DNA of 63,882 nucleotides, filler included, from Actinomycetota bacterium (lineage in GTDB: Bacteria; Actinomycetota; Acidimicrobiia; IMCC26256; VFJJ01), in NCBI GenBank assembly GCA_009886115.1. It is 4 parts of 4 records of this genome, joined end to end, with 100 filler letters (N's around TTAATTAATTAA, not from the genome) between each part and the next. Parts side by side here need not be neighbours in the genome. Positions count along the whole stretch, not along the records: positions 43,340 to 59,391 come from VFJJ01000178.1; 3 more parts are not named here. One strand, given 5' to 3'. Shown piece after piece: positions 48,659-58,307 of the stretch. A model generated the notes under the pieces. That model had not been told where the DNA came from. It worked only from the letters and a program-made list of their open reading frames with translations, and ran no database searches. The position numbers and the translations under genes are program-made. Each line of letters begins with the position of its first letter. Positions within the stretch are counted from its first letter, which is position 1.

Positions 48659-50244
48659 GTCGAGTATCCGATCGACTTCGCGACGCGATCGCGCAGCTCG
48701 TACTTGAGGACCTTGCCGCTGGCGTTCAACGGCAAGGCGTCGACGAGCTCGATGGATCGGGGCACCTTGTAGTTGGCCATGTTCTCGCGACACCACGCCA
48801 CGATCTCGTCGGTCGTGGTGGTGTCGCCCGTCCGCTTGATGACGAACGCCATGCCCACCTCACCCATGCGCTCATCGGGAACGCCGATCACCGCCACCTG
48901 GCTGATCGCCGGGTGCGACGTCATCACGTTCTCGATCTCGGCCGGATAGGCGTTGAAGCCGCCTACCACGAACATGTCCTTCTTACGGTCGGTGATGACG
49001 AGAGCGTCGTCGTCGCGCAGCATGCCGATGTCACCCGTGTGGAGCCAGCCGTCGGCGTCGACGGTCGTGGCGGTCTGCTCGGGGTTGGAGAGGTAACCCT
49101 TCATGATCGAGTAGCCGCCGACGAGCACCTCGCCGGTGATGCCGCGAGCGACATCGATTCCATCGTCGTCGACGACCCGCACCGAGATGCCCGGCAGCGG
49201 GCGTCCGGCCGTGGTGGCCACGATCTCGGGGTCATCGTCGAAACGGGCCATGGTGACGATGCCCGACGACTCGGTGATCCCGAAGCCGGTCACGACCGCG
49301 ACCCCGAGCTGGGCCCGAAGCTCGCGAACGAGCTCGATGGGGATGGCCGCGGCTCCGATGATCACCACTCGCAATGACGACAGGCCGAGCTGGGCGAGGT
49401 CGGGACGATCGAGGATCGCGAAGAAGACGGTCGGGGCCCCGGGCATGTGGGTGATGCGTTCGGTGCGGATGAGCGTCAGCGCTTCGTCGACGTCGAACGC
49501 CGTCCGCGGGATGATCGTCGCGCCGCGCATGAGGCAGCACAAGATGCCGGCGTTGAGCCCGAACGAGTGGAAGAACGGCAGGACCACGAGGTACCGGTCA
49601 CCGGGCTGGAGATCGACGGCGTCGCAGAACTCGTTGTATGCCCTGCAGACGGCGCCGTGGCTCAGCATGGCGCCCTTGGGAGTTCCGGTGGTCCCCGAGG
49701 TGAACAAGACGTGGCAGGTGTCGTCGTCGGCGACCGCGGCGCCGCGAGCGGCTCGGGCCGTTTCGTCGACCTCGCCGGCCCGGTCGAGGAAGCGCTCGAA
49801 CGACGTGGTGCCTTCGGGTGCGGCGCCTCGGAGGACGACGATCTCCTCGAGCGTCTCGATGGGGCCGACCTTCGCCAGCATCGTGAGATAGTCGACGCCG
49901 AGGAACTCGTCCATCGTGAACAGCAGGCGGGCTCGACTGGTGCGCAGGATGTGCTCGGCCTCCCGGCCCTTGAAGCGGGTGTTGACGGGAACCAGCGTGG
50001 CACCCGAGCAGTGGATGGCGAGACCGGCGACGACCCACTCCCACACGTTGGGCGCCCAGACCGAGACCATGTCGCCGGGCCCGATCCCACGGGCCATGAG
50101 CGCCCGCGTGGCCACGTGAACCCGCTCGCGCAGCTGGGTGAACGTGAGGCGCACGTCGTCCTGGACGAGCGCCTCGTTGTGAGGGAACGCCGCGGCGACG
50201 TGATCGATGAGCGCGGGGATCGTCGACCAGGGCTGCGGAGTCAT
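48655..50244 (-). CDS. FadD3-family acyl-CoA ligase
   Basis: PVNTRFKG.EA, FTSGTTGTPKG, PFFHSFG, WLHTGD, DRKKDMFVVGGFNAYPAEIE. Confidence 0.9.
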   Translation of the reverse strand: MTPQPWSTIPALIDHVAAAFPHNEALVQDDVRLTFTQLRERVHVATRALMARGIGPGDMVSVWAPNVWEWVVAGLAIHCSGATLVPVNTRFKGREAEHILRTSRARLLFTMDEFLGVDYLTMLAKVGPIETLEEIVVLRGAAPEGTTSFERFLDRAGEVDETARAARGAAVADDDTCHVLFTSGTTGTPKGAMLSHGAVCRAYNEFCDAVDLQPGDRYLVVLPFFHSFGLNAGILCCLMRGATIIPRTAFDVDEALTLIRTERITHMPGAPTVFFAILDRPDLAQLGLSSLRVVIIGAAAIPIELVRELRAQLGVAVVTGFGITESSGIVTMARFDDDPEIVATTAGRPLPGISVRVVDDDGIDVARGITGEVLVGGYSIMKGYLSNPEQTATTVDADGWLHTGDIGMLRDDDALVITDRKKDMFVVGGFNAYPAEIENVMTSHPAISQVAVIGVPDERMGEVGMAFVIKRTGDTTTTDEIVAWCRENMANYKVPRSIELVDALPLNASGKVLKYELRDRVAKSIGYST

Positions 50245-50314
50245 GTGGCGCAGATTACGAACTCGCGCAGCGCGTCAACAATCGTGGAGCGGCGGTGCGT
50301 TCCCGAGCCCTCGA

Positions 50315-51535
50315 TCACCTGGGCTCGCGGGGCAGACCCAGGATCGACTCGCCGATGATGTTGCGTTGCACTTCCGACGTTCCGGCGTAGACCGTGCCGC
50401 TCATGGAGTTGAGCATGAAGATGTCGATCCAGGAGTTCGTGGAGTTGGGGGCGCCGGGGTCGTCGGTGCGGAACGCCCGGGGTGGCCGGCGACCGCCATC
50501 ACGCACGAGACCAGCCAGGCCCAGTATCTGCATGGCCAGGCGGGCGGCCACCTTGTGGTACTCGCTCCAGTAGAGCTTCGAGATGGAGGCCTCGGGGCCG
50601 AGCACGCCGTCGCGCAGGTACCCGGTGAGGATGCGGTATCCGAGGCACCGCATGGTCTCGACCTTCATGTGGCACCACGCCAGACCGTCACGGACGACGG
50701 GATCGCCGAGGCGATCGTGCTGGCGGGCCAAGGCCACGAGCCGGTCGAGCTCGAAGCGGAACATGATCGGGTTGACCGCGGCTTCCTCGCCCCGCTCATG
50801 GGCCAGCAGGCTGTTGGCGACGGTCCAGCCCTCGTTGACCCGTCCGACGATGTTCCCGACCGGTATGCGCACGTCGTGGAAGAACACCTCGCTGAAGTCG
50901 GAGAGGCCCGTCAGCATGCGGATCGGCCGCACCTCGACGCCCGGCGTGTCGATGGGGCACAGGAGAAAGCTGATGCCGCGGTTCTTGGAGGCGTCGGGGT
51001 CGGTGCGGGCCAGGACGAAGATCGAGGTGGCCTTGGTGGCGAAGGACGTCCAGATCTTCTGCCCGTCGAGCACCCACTCGTCGCCGTCGCGGCGAGCCGT
51101 GAGCCGCAGACCGGCGAGATCGGAACCGGCGTCGGGCTCGGAGTACCCCTGACACCAGACGTCGTCGCCGGCGAGGATGCGGGGCAGGATCCGCTGCTTC
51201 TGCTCCTCGGTGCCCCAGCGCACCAGGGTGTTGCCGAACATCTTGACCGTGACGGTGTCGCTCCCCGGGCCCAGTGGCACCCGGGCCCGGGCGCACTCCT
51301 CGACGAGCACGAGATGCTCGAGCTTGGTGAGCCCGCCGCCGCCGTACTCCGTGGGCCAGGCGACGCCGAGGAGCCGGCGCGCATGGAGCTTGTGGCGCCA
51401 GGCCCAGAGGAACTCGTCGGCCTCGGCGCCGTCGAGCGCGCCGATGCCCTCCCAATCAGAGGGAAGGTGCTCGGCAAGGAACGACTTCACACGCTCTCGG
51501 AAGCGTTCAGCCTCGGGCGGATAACGCAGGTCCAT
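50315..51535 (-). CDS. Acyl-CoA dehydrogenase (alpha-type)
   Basis: WCQGYSEPDAGSDLA, GQKIWTS, LAHERG, TVYAGTSEVQRNIIGE. Confidence 0.94.
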   Translation of the reverse strand: MDLRYPPEAERFRERVKSFLAEHLPSDWEGIGALDGAEADEFLWAWRHKLHARRLLGVAWPTEYGGGGLTKLEHLVLVEECARARVPLGPGSDTVTVKMFGNTLVRWGTEEQKQRILPRILAGDDVWCQGYSEPDAGSDLAGLRLTARRDGDEWVLDGQKIWTSFATKATSIFVLARTDPDASKNRGISFLLCPIDTPGVEVRPIRMLTGLSDFSEVFFHDVRIPVGNIVGRVNEGWTVANSLLAHERGEEAAVNPIMFRFELDRLVALARQHDRLGDPVVRDGLAWCHMKVETMRCLGYRILTGYLRDGVLGPEASISKLYWSEYHKVAARLAMQILGLAGLVRDGGRRPPRAFRTDDPGAPNSTNSWIDIFMLNSMSGTVYAGTSEVQRNIIGESILGLPREPR

Positions 51536-51561
51536 CCCCGGTCCTCGTCTCACACCGTTCG

Positions 51562-51581
51562 AGTTGACGACATCGCCAACT
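51562..51581. promoter_or_regulatory. Candidate operator AGTTGAC-N6-GCCAACT
   Basis: Near-perfect palindrome in the divergent ACAD / HMGS-OB intergenic region. Confidence 0.5.
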
Positions 51582-51679
51582 TTAGGCTCGGGCCCTGGCT
51601 GTGGCAGCGCTCGGGCGGGCGGATCCCCTGCCCAGAGGCGCTGCCGACCAGCGGCGCAACGTTTCGGACGGAGGGCAGC

Positions 51680-52975
51680 GTGGGCTCAGCAGGTTCAGGG
51701 GGTTCAGGGGGCTCAGCGGCATCGGTGAAAGCGATCGCCACCTACCTGCCACCGTGGGGTGCCGGCACGACCCGCATCGCCGGACCCGACGAGGATGCGG
51801 TCACCATGGCTGTGGCCGCGGGGCGCAGGGCGCTGGCCGGAGCGGCGGCCGAGACGGTCGACGAGGTCGTCGTGGTCACGCGCGACTTCCCGCTCCTCGA
51901 AGGCGGCAATGCAGCGGCCATCCTGGCCGGGCTGGGCCTTCCCCTGACGGTGAGGCTCACCGAGCAGTTGGGCGGAGCCTCAGCCACCGTCGATGCGCTC
52001 GTTGCCCGACACGGATCCGCCTTGGTGATCGGGGTCGACCTGGCCCCGGCGGGCGCGGCGGCCGTGGTGCTCGGTGCGGCCGACGGCCCCGCTGCTGGAC
52101 CTGCTGCTGGCCCTGCTGTTGGCCCGGCTGGCGGTTCCGTCAGGCTGAGCGATCACGCGCGCCTGAACCGTTCGATGCCCATCCGCACGCGTTCCGACGA
52201 TGGCGATGTACACGAGTACGACGATCCTCGGCTCCTGCGCGATCTCGGAGTGGGCTCGACGGTCGCGCGGTTGCACGCGGCGTCGTCGGCGCCACCCGTC
52301 GCGGTCGCTGGTGTGAGCGCTCGCGATGCCCGTTCGCTCAGCGGCGGAGCTGCTCCCGCCCTCCCCACCACCGGGGCGAGCGCGCCCCTGTTCGCGTTGG
52401 CGGCGCTGCTCGAAGCCGGCCAATCGGGAACGCTGCTCGCGCTCGACCAGGCCACGGCCAGCACGGTCACCGTGTCGAGTTTCCCGGGTGATGCGGGACT
52501 GGTGCAACGCGACGAGGCGGCACCCCGGGCGCTGCCCGTCCGGGCCGAGAGCTCGGCGGCCGAGATCAAGATCGCGCTCTCGGCCTACGACCGGGCGTTT
52601 CCGGCCAAGCTGGGTCTGGCCGCGGGCCGCTGCCCCTGCTGCGGCGGGCTCTCGTTCCCCGTCCGCTACCGGTGCATCGACTGCGGATCGGAGTTGCCGA
52701 AGGAGCTGACACCCTTGCCCCGTCAGGCGACGGTGTACTCGGCGGTCACGATCCACGTACCCGTCCCCGGCCTCGCCACGCCCTACTCGCTGGCGCTGGT
52801 CGAGCTGGGCACGAGTGGCGTTCGGACCCTGGTGCACGTCACCGACGCCGAGCCCGGAGCCGCCCAGATCGGCGATCGCGGAACGATGGTCATGCGCCGG
52901 GTCGCCGTGCGCTCGGGTGTGCCCGATTACGGGTACGCCTTCCAACCCCAGACGACGGTGGAGGTCGGGGCATGA
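51680..52975 (+). CDS. Degenerate HMG-CoA-synthase-like domain fused to a Zn-ribbon/OB-fold (DUF35) domain
   Basis: IATYLP..GPDEDAVTMAVAAGR; C-terminal CPCCG..FPVRYRCIDCG and OB fold ending VPDYGYAF; GGAGG RBS. Confidence 0.85.
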   Translation: MGSAGSGGSGGSAASVKAIATYLPPWGAGTTRIAGPDEDAVTMAVAAGRRALAGAAAETVDEVVVVTRDFPLLEGGNAAAILAGLGLPLTVRLTEQLGGASATVDALVARHGSALVIGVDLAPAGAAAVVLGAADGPAAGPAAGPAVGPAGGSVRLSDHARLNRSMPIRTRSDDGDVHEYDDPRLLRDLGVGSTVARLHAASSAPPVAVAGVSARDARSLSGGAAPALPTTGASAPLFALAALLEAGQSGTLLALDQATASTVTVSSFPGDAGLVQRDEAAPRALPVRAESSAAEIKIALSAYDRAFPAKLGLAAGRCPCCGGLSFPVRYRCIDCGSELPKELTPLPRQATVYSAVTIHVPVPGLATPYSLALVELGTSGVRTLVHVTDAEPGAAQIGDRGTMVMRRVAVRSGVPDYGYAFQPQTTVEVGA

Positions 52976-54144
52976 GCTCGCTCAGACGGGTGGCCGTGGT
53001 CGGAGCGGGGATGACCGACTTCGGCGAGCACTTCGGGTTGGGGATCAAGGACCTGTTGCCCATGGCGGTGAGCGAGACCGTGCGGTCGGTCGACAAGGGT
53101 TTCGACCGTTCGGCGATCGAAGCGGCCTGGTTCGGCGAGCTCACGTCAACCGACGGGTTCGCCTCGGGAATCCTGGCCGACTCCTGCGGCCTGCTCGACA
53201 TCCCGGTGACGCGCATCGAGAACGCCTGTGCCACGGGCAACGACGCCGTCCGCAACGCGTTCATCGCCGTGGCCGGCGGGTTCTACGACGTGGTGCTCGT
53301 GGTCGGAGCCGACAAGGTGCGCGAAACGTCGGCCCGCAGCACCTTCTGGGACTGGATGGGTAACACCCGCGACATGGCCTGGGACTTCCCGCTCGGGTTG
53401 GTCGCGCCGGCGAACTTCGCGCTGCACGCCACCCGATATCTGTACGAATCGCCGGCCACCCGTGAGCACATGGCGATGGTGGCCGTCAAGAACCACAACC
53501 ATGGATTCACCAATCCCAAGGCGCAGTTGAAGGTGAAGATCACGGTCGAGCAGGTGCTGGCCGCGCCCATGGTGGTGGAGCCGTTCGGGCTCTACGACTG
53601 CACGCCCCAGAGCGACGGAGCCGCGGCGATGCTGCTTGTGGCCGAGCACCTGGCCGACCGTTACACCGACCGGCCCGTGTGGATTCACGGCGTGGGGATG
53701 GGCCTCGACCGGGTGATGCATCAGCACAAGGCCGATCTCACCACCTTCCCGGCCACGGTGAAGGCGGCCAAGGCGGCGTACACGATGGCCGGTATCTCGC
53801 CGAGCGACGTCGACGTCGCCGAGGTGCACGACTGCTTCACCGCTGTCGAGCTGATCAGTTACGAGGATCTCGGGTTCTGCGAACGCTTCGACGCCTACAA
53901 GCTCGTCGAAGCCGAAGCCACGAGCGTCGGCGGCACGTTGCCCGTGAACCCCAGTGGCGGCCTCAAGTCGAAGGGCCATCCGCCGGGCGCCACCGGTGTG
54001 GCTCAGTGCGTCGAGCTGTTCGAGCAGCTCCGCGACCAGGCCACCAACCAGGTCGACGGCGCCCGCGTCGGCTTGGCCCACAACGTCGGCGGCCCCACTG
54101 CCGTCTCGGCCATCACCATCCTCGGCCGCCACCGCCCGTCATAG
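52972..54144 (+). CDS. SCP-x/archaeal-type thiolase family protein
   Basis: IENACATG (catalytic Cys), KNH, SDGAAA, EVHDCF, NPSGGLKSKGHPPGATG, HNVGG; ATGA overlap. Confidence 0.93.
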   Translation: MSSLRRVAVVGAGMTDFGEHFGLGIKDLLPMAVSETVRSVDKGFDRSAIEAAWFGELTSTDGFASGILADSCGLLDIPVTRIENACATGNDAVRNAFIAVAGGFYDVVLVVGADKVRETSARSTFWDWMGNTRDMAWDFPLGLVAPANFALHATRYLYESPATREHMAMVAVKNHNHGFTNPKAQLKVKITVEQVLAAPMVVEPFGLYDCTPQSDGAAAMLLVAEHLADRYTDRPVWIHGVGMGLDRVMHQHKADLTTFPATVKAAKAAYTMAGISPSDVDVAEVHDCFTAVELISYEDLGFCERFDAYKLVEAEATSVGGTLPVNPSGGLKSKGHPPGATGVAQCVELFEQLRDQATNQVDGARVGLAHNVGGPTAVSAITILGRHRPS

Positions 54145-54192
54145 TCCGGCGATCGCCCGCGTTCGCCCACTGACCGACCGGTGCAGCACCGT

Positions 54193-55113
54193 TCAGTGGC
54201 GGGCGCGAGGGTCGCCGGGGAGGAGGCGGTCGGTGAGGGCGATGGCGACGGAGCCGGTGGCTGCGGGGTCGATGACGATCGTGTGATCGTCGGTCCGGAC
54301 GAGGGCGATGTTGGCCCCGGCCAGGGCGGCTCGGGCCGAGCCGAGGTCGGTGACGTGAAGCGCCTGGAGATGCACCCGGGGCCGGGGGTGCTCGACGCCC
54401 CACAGGGCGACGGAGGAGGGACCGTCGACGACCGGGTAGAGGGCGAGCGTGCAGTCGCCGACCGAAACGCCGGCGACGGGATCTCCGGGCCGGGCTGTGG
54501 CGTCGACGAAGGTGACGGTCGTGTCGAAGACCTCGGCCAGGCGGGCCGCCGCAGCGGGAGGTTCGGCGACGACGGCACCCACCCACGCCATGCGATCGAC
54601 GGGTATGAGCGGTGGCGCGGCGAAGTCGGGGAGTGGCGCGCCGAAGCGGGGATCGAAGTCGAGCTCGTCGTCGCCGAACTCGAGGAGCAGCCCGGCCGTG
54701 TCGCGCGGGTGGGTGAATGCGAACGTGGGCTGCGGACGGGCACCGATGCGCACGCCGAGGCCAACATGACGCTCGAGGGCGGCGTCGAGCGAGTGCACCT
54801 GCATGCCCAGCGAGTGCATACCCGAGCCGAAGCTCGTGACGAACCGGTCGGCGGGGGCGCCGGGCACGATGGGCTGGCCCAGCTCGATCGAGCCGTCACC
54901 CAGCCAGCACATGCCTCCCCGGCGGCCGACCCCCGGATCCTCCATCACCGTGTCCTCCATGACCCGGAGGCCGAAGAGGGTGATCAGCGCGTCGCGAGCG
55001 GCCACGTAGTCGGCCACCATCGCCGTGGAGTGGAACATCCAGCGCACCCTGTGGTCGGCCATCATGTGCTTTCGCGGACGGGATTCGCGGACGGGTTCAC
55101 TGACGCGGTTCAC
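54193..55113 (-). CDS. Two-domain VOC family protein (methylmalonyl-CoA epimerase-like N-domain)
   Basis: MFHSTAMV, IELGQP, GMHSLG, FTHPRDTAGLLLEF; start uncertain. Confidence 0.8.
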   Translation of the reverse strand: MNRVSEPVRESRPRKHMMADHRVRWMFHSTAMVADYVAARDALITLFGLRVMEDTVMEDPGVGRRGGMCWLGDGSIELGQPIVPGAPADRFVTSFGSGMHSLGMQVHSLDAALERHVGLGVRIGARPQPTFAFTHPRDTAGLLLEFGDDELDFDPRFGAPLPDFAAPPLIPVDRMAWVGAVVAEPPAAAARLAEVFDTTVTFVDATARPGDPVAGVSVGDCTLALYPVVDGPSSVALWGVEHPRPRVHLQALHVTDLGSARAALAGANIALVRTDDHTIVIDPAATGSVAIALTDRLLPGDPRARH

Positions 55114-55122
55114 GCCGGGCGG

Positions 55123-56340
55123 TCACGGACGGGGCTCGCGAGGGAGGCCGAGGACGGACTCCCCGAGGATGGTTCGCTGCACCTCTGAGGTGCCGGCATA
55201 GATGGTGTCGGCCACGCCGTTGTACAGGGCGCCGATCCACGATGCCGACGAGTTGGGGGCTCCGGGATCGTCGGCGCGGTACACGCGCATCGGCGGGCGC
55301 CCCTCGACGACGAGAGCCTTGGCGCCGAGCACCTCGACGGCGAGACGGGTCACGTCACGGTGGTACTCCGACCAGTACAGCTTGGAGATCGAGGCCTCGG
55401 GGCCGATGGTGCCGCTCGTCAGAACGCCGGTGAGTATCCGACAGCCCAGGAAGCGCATGGTCTCGACACGGATGTGGGCGTCGGCCAAGCGGTCGCGAAT
55501 GACAGGGTCGTCGAGGCGCCCGAGCTCGCGGGCCAGAGCGATGAGCCGATCGAGCTCGGCCCGGAACAGCACCGGGTTGGTCGCGGCCTCGTCGCCCCGT
55601 TCGAGGCCCAGCACCGTCTGCGCGACAGCCCAGCCTCCGTTGACCTCCCCGACGACGTTGTCGGCCGCGGTGCGGGCTCCGTCGAAGAACACGGCGTTGA
55701 ACGACCTCTGGCCGCCCATGGTGGCCATTGGGCGGATGTCGACTCCGGCCTGGTCGAGCGGTACGAGCAAGAAGGTGATTCCCTTGTGCTTGGGGGCATC
55801 GGGATCGGTGCGGGCGAGCACGAAGATCCAGTTCGACTCCATGGCCCGGGTCTGCCAGATCTTCTGCCCGTGCAGCACCCAGTCGTCACCTTCGCGACGG
55901 GCGCGGGTGCTGAGCGACGCCAGGTCGGAGCCGGCATCGGGTTCCGAATACCCTTGGCACCACAGGTCTTCACCGGAAAGTATCCGCGGCAGGAAGCGCT
56001 GCTTCTGCTCCTCGGTGCCCCAGCGCAACAGTGTGTTACCCACCATCTTCACGCTGAAGACATCGTTGGGACCCACGGCGGGAACGCCGGCTCGCGCCAG
56101 CTCCTCGACCAATACCACCTGTTCCAGCTTCGACAGCCCGGCGCCGCCATATTCCTTCGGCCACGACAGGCCCAGGAACCCGTTCTCGTACAGGGTCTTG
56201 CGCCACCGGTCGGTGAAGGCGTACGCGTCGTCGCGGGCCAGCGCGCCGATGCCCTGCCAATCGGGTGGGAGGTGCTCGGCGAGGAACGCCTTGACCCGGG
56301 CTCTGAACGTCTCGGCTTCGGGCGGGTAGCGCGGGTCCAC
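55123..56340 (-). CDS. Acyl-CoA dehydrogenase (alpha-type), paralog of 50315-51535
   Basis: WCQGYSEPDAGSDLASL, GQKIW, EASISKLYWSEYH, TIYAGTSEVQR. Confidence 0.94.
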   Translation of the reverse strand: MDPRYPPEAETFRARVKAFLAEHLPPDWQGIGALARDDAYAFTDRWRKTLYENGFLGLSWPKEYGGAGLSKLEQVVLVEELARAGVPAVGPNDVFSVKMVGNTLLRWGTEEQKQRFLPRILSGEDLWCQGYSEPDAGSDLASLSTRARREGDDWVLHGQKIWQTRAMESNWIFVLARTDPDAPKHKGITFLLVPLDQAGVDIRPMATMGGQRSFNAVFFDGARTAADNVVGEVNGGWAVAQTVLGLERGDEAATNPVLFRAELDRLIALARELGRLDDPVIRDRLADAHIRVETMRFLGCRILTGVLTSGTIGPEASISKLYWSEYHRDVTRLAVEVLGAKALVVEGRPPMRVYRADDPGAPNSSASWIGALYNGVADTIYAGTSEVQRTILGESVLGLPREPRP

Positions 56341-56356
56341 GTTCAGGGCTCCCGTG

Positions 56357-57187
56357 TCACTGCGGGACGAACGGCGGGAGCTCGGGGAGCGGGAAGCCCG
56401 CCGGGAGCGGCTCGAAGCGGGGGAGTCGCTTCTCGACCAACGCGGCCACCCCTTCCGCGAAATCGGGGTTGGATGGGTCGTTCATTCGCCGCATCGCCGC
56501 GAGCCACTCGGCGTTGGCCTCGGTGTAGCCGCGGCTGAGGTCGCCCCAGACCTGCCGGCGGATGGCGGCCATCGACCGGGGTGAGGCCGTCGTGGCCAGT
56601 AGACGGGCGTAACCCTGCGCTGCGCCGAGCAGCTCGTCAGCCTCACACACCCGGGTGACGAGCCCGATCCGCTGCGCCTCCTCGGCTTCCACCGGGCGAG
56701 CCGAGAGCAGGAGGTCGAGCGCCCACTCGACGCCGATCAGGCGGGGCAACAACCACGACAGGCCGTACTCGGCTGGGATCCCGAGCTTGGCGTAGGCCGT
56801 CGAGAGCTTGGCGCCCTTGGCAGCGAAGCGCACGTCGCACACCAGCGCCTGCACCAGGCCGATGCCTGCGCAGCCGCCGTTGATCGCGGCGATCATGGGC
56901 TTCGGGATGCTCAGCGCGTGGTGCTGCGATCGACGCCCTTCCAGCTGGAGGCCGACAGGGCCGGCGGCGTCTTCGAGACGGCGGGAGTCGAGGCCGGGGC
57001 AGAACGACCGCCCGACGCCGGTGAGAACGATGGCCCGTACGTCCTGGTCGGTCGCGGCCCGGTCGAGGAGCTGGAAGTACTGCTGCTCCATGTCGCGGTT
57101 CCAGCCGTTGTTGCGCTCGGGATTGTCGAGCACCAGCGTGCACACACCGTCGGCGACCTCGTAGCGAACCAGCCGTACCTCCGTCAT
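56357..57187 (-). CDS. Enoyl-CoA hydratase-related protein
   Basis: DNPERNN, FCPGLD, KPMIAAINGGCAGIG, AEYGLSWLLPRL. Confidence 0.92.
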   Translation of the reverse strand: MTEVRLVRYEVADGVCTLVLDNPERNNGWNRDMEQQYFQLLDRAATDQDVRAIVLTGVGRSFCPGLDSRRLEDAAGPVGLQLEGRRSQHHALSIPKPMIAAINGGCAGIGLVQALVCDVRFAAKGAKLSTAYAKLGIPAEYGLSWLLPRLIGVEWALDLLLSARPVEAEEAQRIGLVTRVCEADELLGAAQGYARLLATTASPRSMAAIRRQVWGDLSRGYTEANAEWLAAMRRMNDPSNPDFAEGVAALVEKRLPRFEPLPAGFPLPELPPFVPQ

Positions 57188-57389
57188 CGGCCGAGCCTAA
57201 CCCCGAGTCGTTGCTGACGATCCGACGCCGGAGCATTGAGCTGACCGCCGTCTAAGTCTGGGGGTAACCGGCGCAAAGGTGGCGGCTCATGAGGGGTTCG
57301 GGTTCGCCGAACCGTGCCGCCGGTGCGGTCAGGCCGGTTGCCGCCGAACCGCGCGGCCGGCACGCTGGGCCGGTCGGGGCCGACCAGGG

Positions 57390-58160
57390 TCAGGCCTTCT
57401 TGAATGTCGCGATGGTGTTCTTGACGTCTTCGGTGGCGAAAGACTCGGCCTCGGCCGAGAGGGCGAACGGGGCGACCATGGCGATGGCGGCCTGGAGGTG
57501 CATGTTCAGCGCCCGCTTGGTCTCCTGGATCGCCTGGGGCGGCTGCGCTGCGAGCTCGTGGGCAAGTTTCATGGCCTCGGCCATGAGGTCGGCATCGGGG
57601 ACCGTCCGGTTGGCGAGACCCAGTTCGACGGCCACGGCGGCCGGGATCCGCTTGCCGGTCAGCAGGTACTCCTTGGCCTTGAGGAGGCTCATCATCAAGG
57701 GCCACATGACTGCGCCGCCGTCGCCGCACACCAGGCCGATGTTGACGTGCGTGTCGGCCATCCACGCGCTCTCGGCGATGAGCACGATGTCGCACGTGAC
57801 GGCGATGCTGCAGCCGAGCCCGACGGCCGGACCGTTGACCGCGGCGACGACCGGCTTAGGGAACTCGGCCATGGCGTCCATGAGCCGTCGCGCGCCCCGG
57901 AGCGAGATGCGGCGCCACTCGGGGTCTTCGTAGCTGCGGATGAAGCCGGGGATGTGCCCGCCGGCGCAGAACGCCTTACCGGCGCCCGTCAGCACGACGG
58001 ACCGCACGGAGCGGTCGTTGGCGAGCATGGTCCAGATGTCCTGGAGCCCTTCGTGCATGTCGTCGAGCAGCGAGTTGCGCATCTCGGGGTTGTTGATGGT
58101 GACGATCGTGACGGGACCGTCGGTCTCGATCAGCAGGTGGGGGGTCGGCGCATAGACCAT
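57390..58160 (-). CDS. Enoyl-CoA hydratase/isomerase
   Basis: FCAGG, KPVVAAVNGPAVGLG, DTHVNIGLVCGDGG, AKEYLLTG; AGGAG RBS. Confidence 0.92.
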   Translation of the reverse strand: MVYAPTPHLLIETDGPVTIVTINNPEMRNSLLDDMHEGLQDIWTMLANDRSVRSVVLTGAGKAFCAGGHIPGFIRSYEDPEWRRISLRGARRLMDAMAEFPKPVVAAVNGPAVGLGCSIAVTCDIVLIAESAWMADTHVNIGLVCGDGGAVMWPLMMSLLKAKEYLLTGKRIPAAVAVELGLANRTVPDADLMAEAMKLAHELAAQPPQAIQETKRALNMHLQAAIAMVAPFALSAEAESFATEDVKNTIATFKKA

Positions 58161-58239
58161 GGGGCAACTCCTGAGTGGGCATCGACAGCGGTTCGTGCGA
58201 TGCAGGGGGCGCGAAGCGTTGGGGCTGGCAGGTACGAAC

Positions 58240-58255
58240 TCGACGAATACGTCAA
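58240..58255. promoter_or_regulatory. Candidate operator TCGAC-N6-GTCAA
   Basis: In the divergent ECH / CoA ligase intergenic region; the minus strand reads TTGACG. Confidence 0.45.
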
Positions 58256-58307
58256 GTATTGTCCGGGACCCGGTTTCGGCCGGAACCGTCGGACTGAAAG
58301 CGAGATC

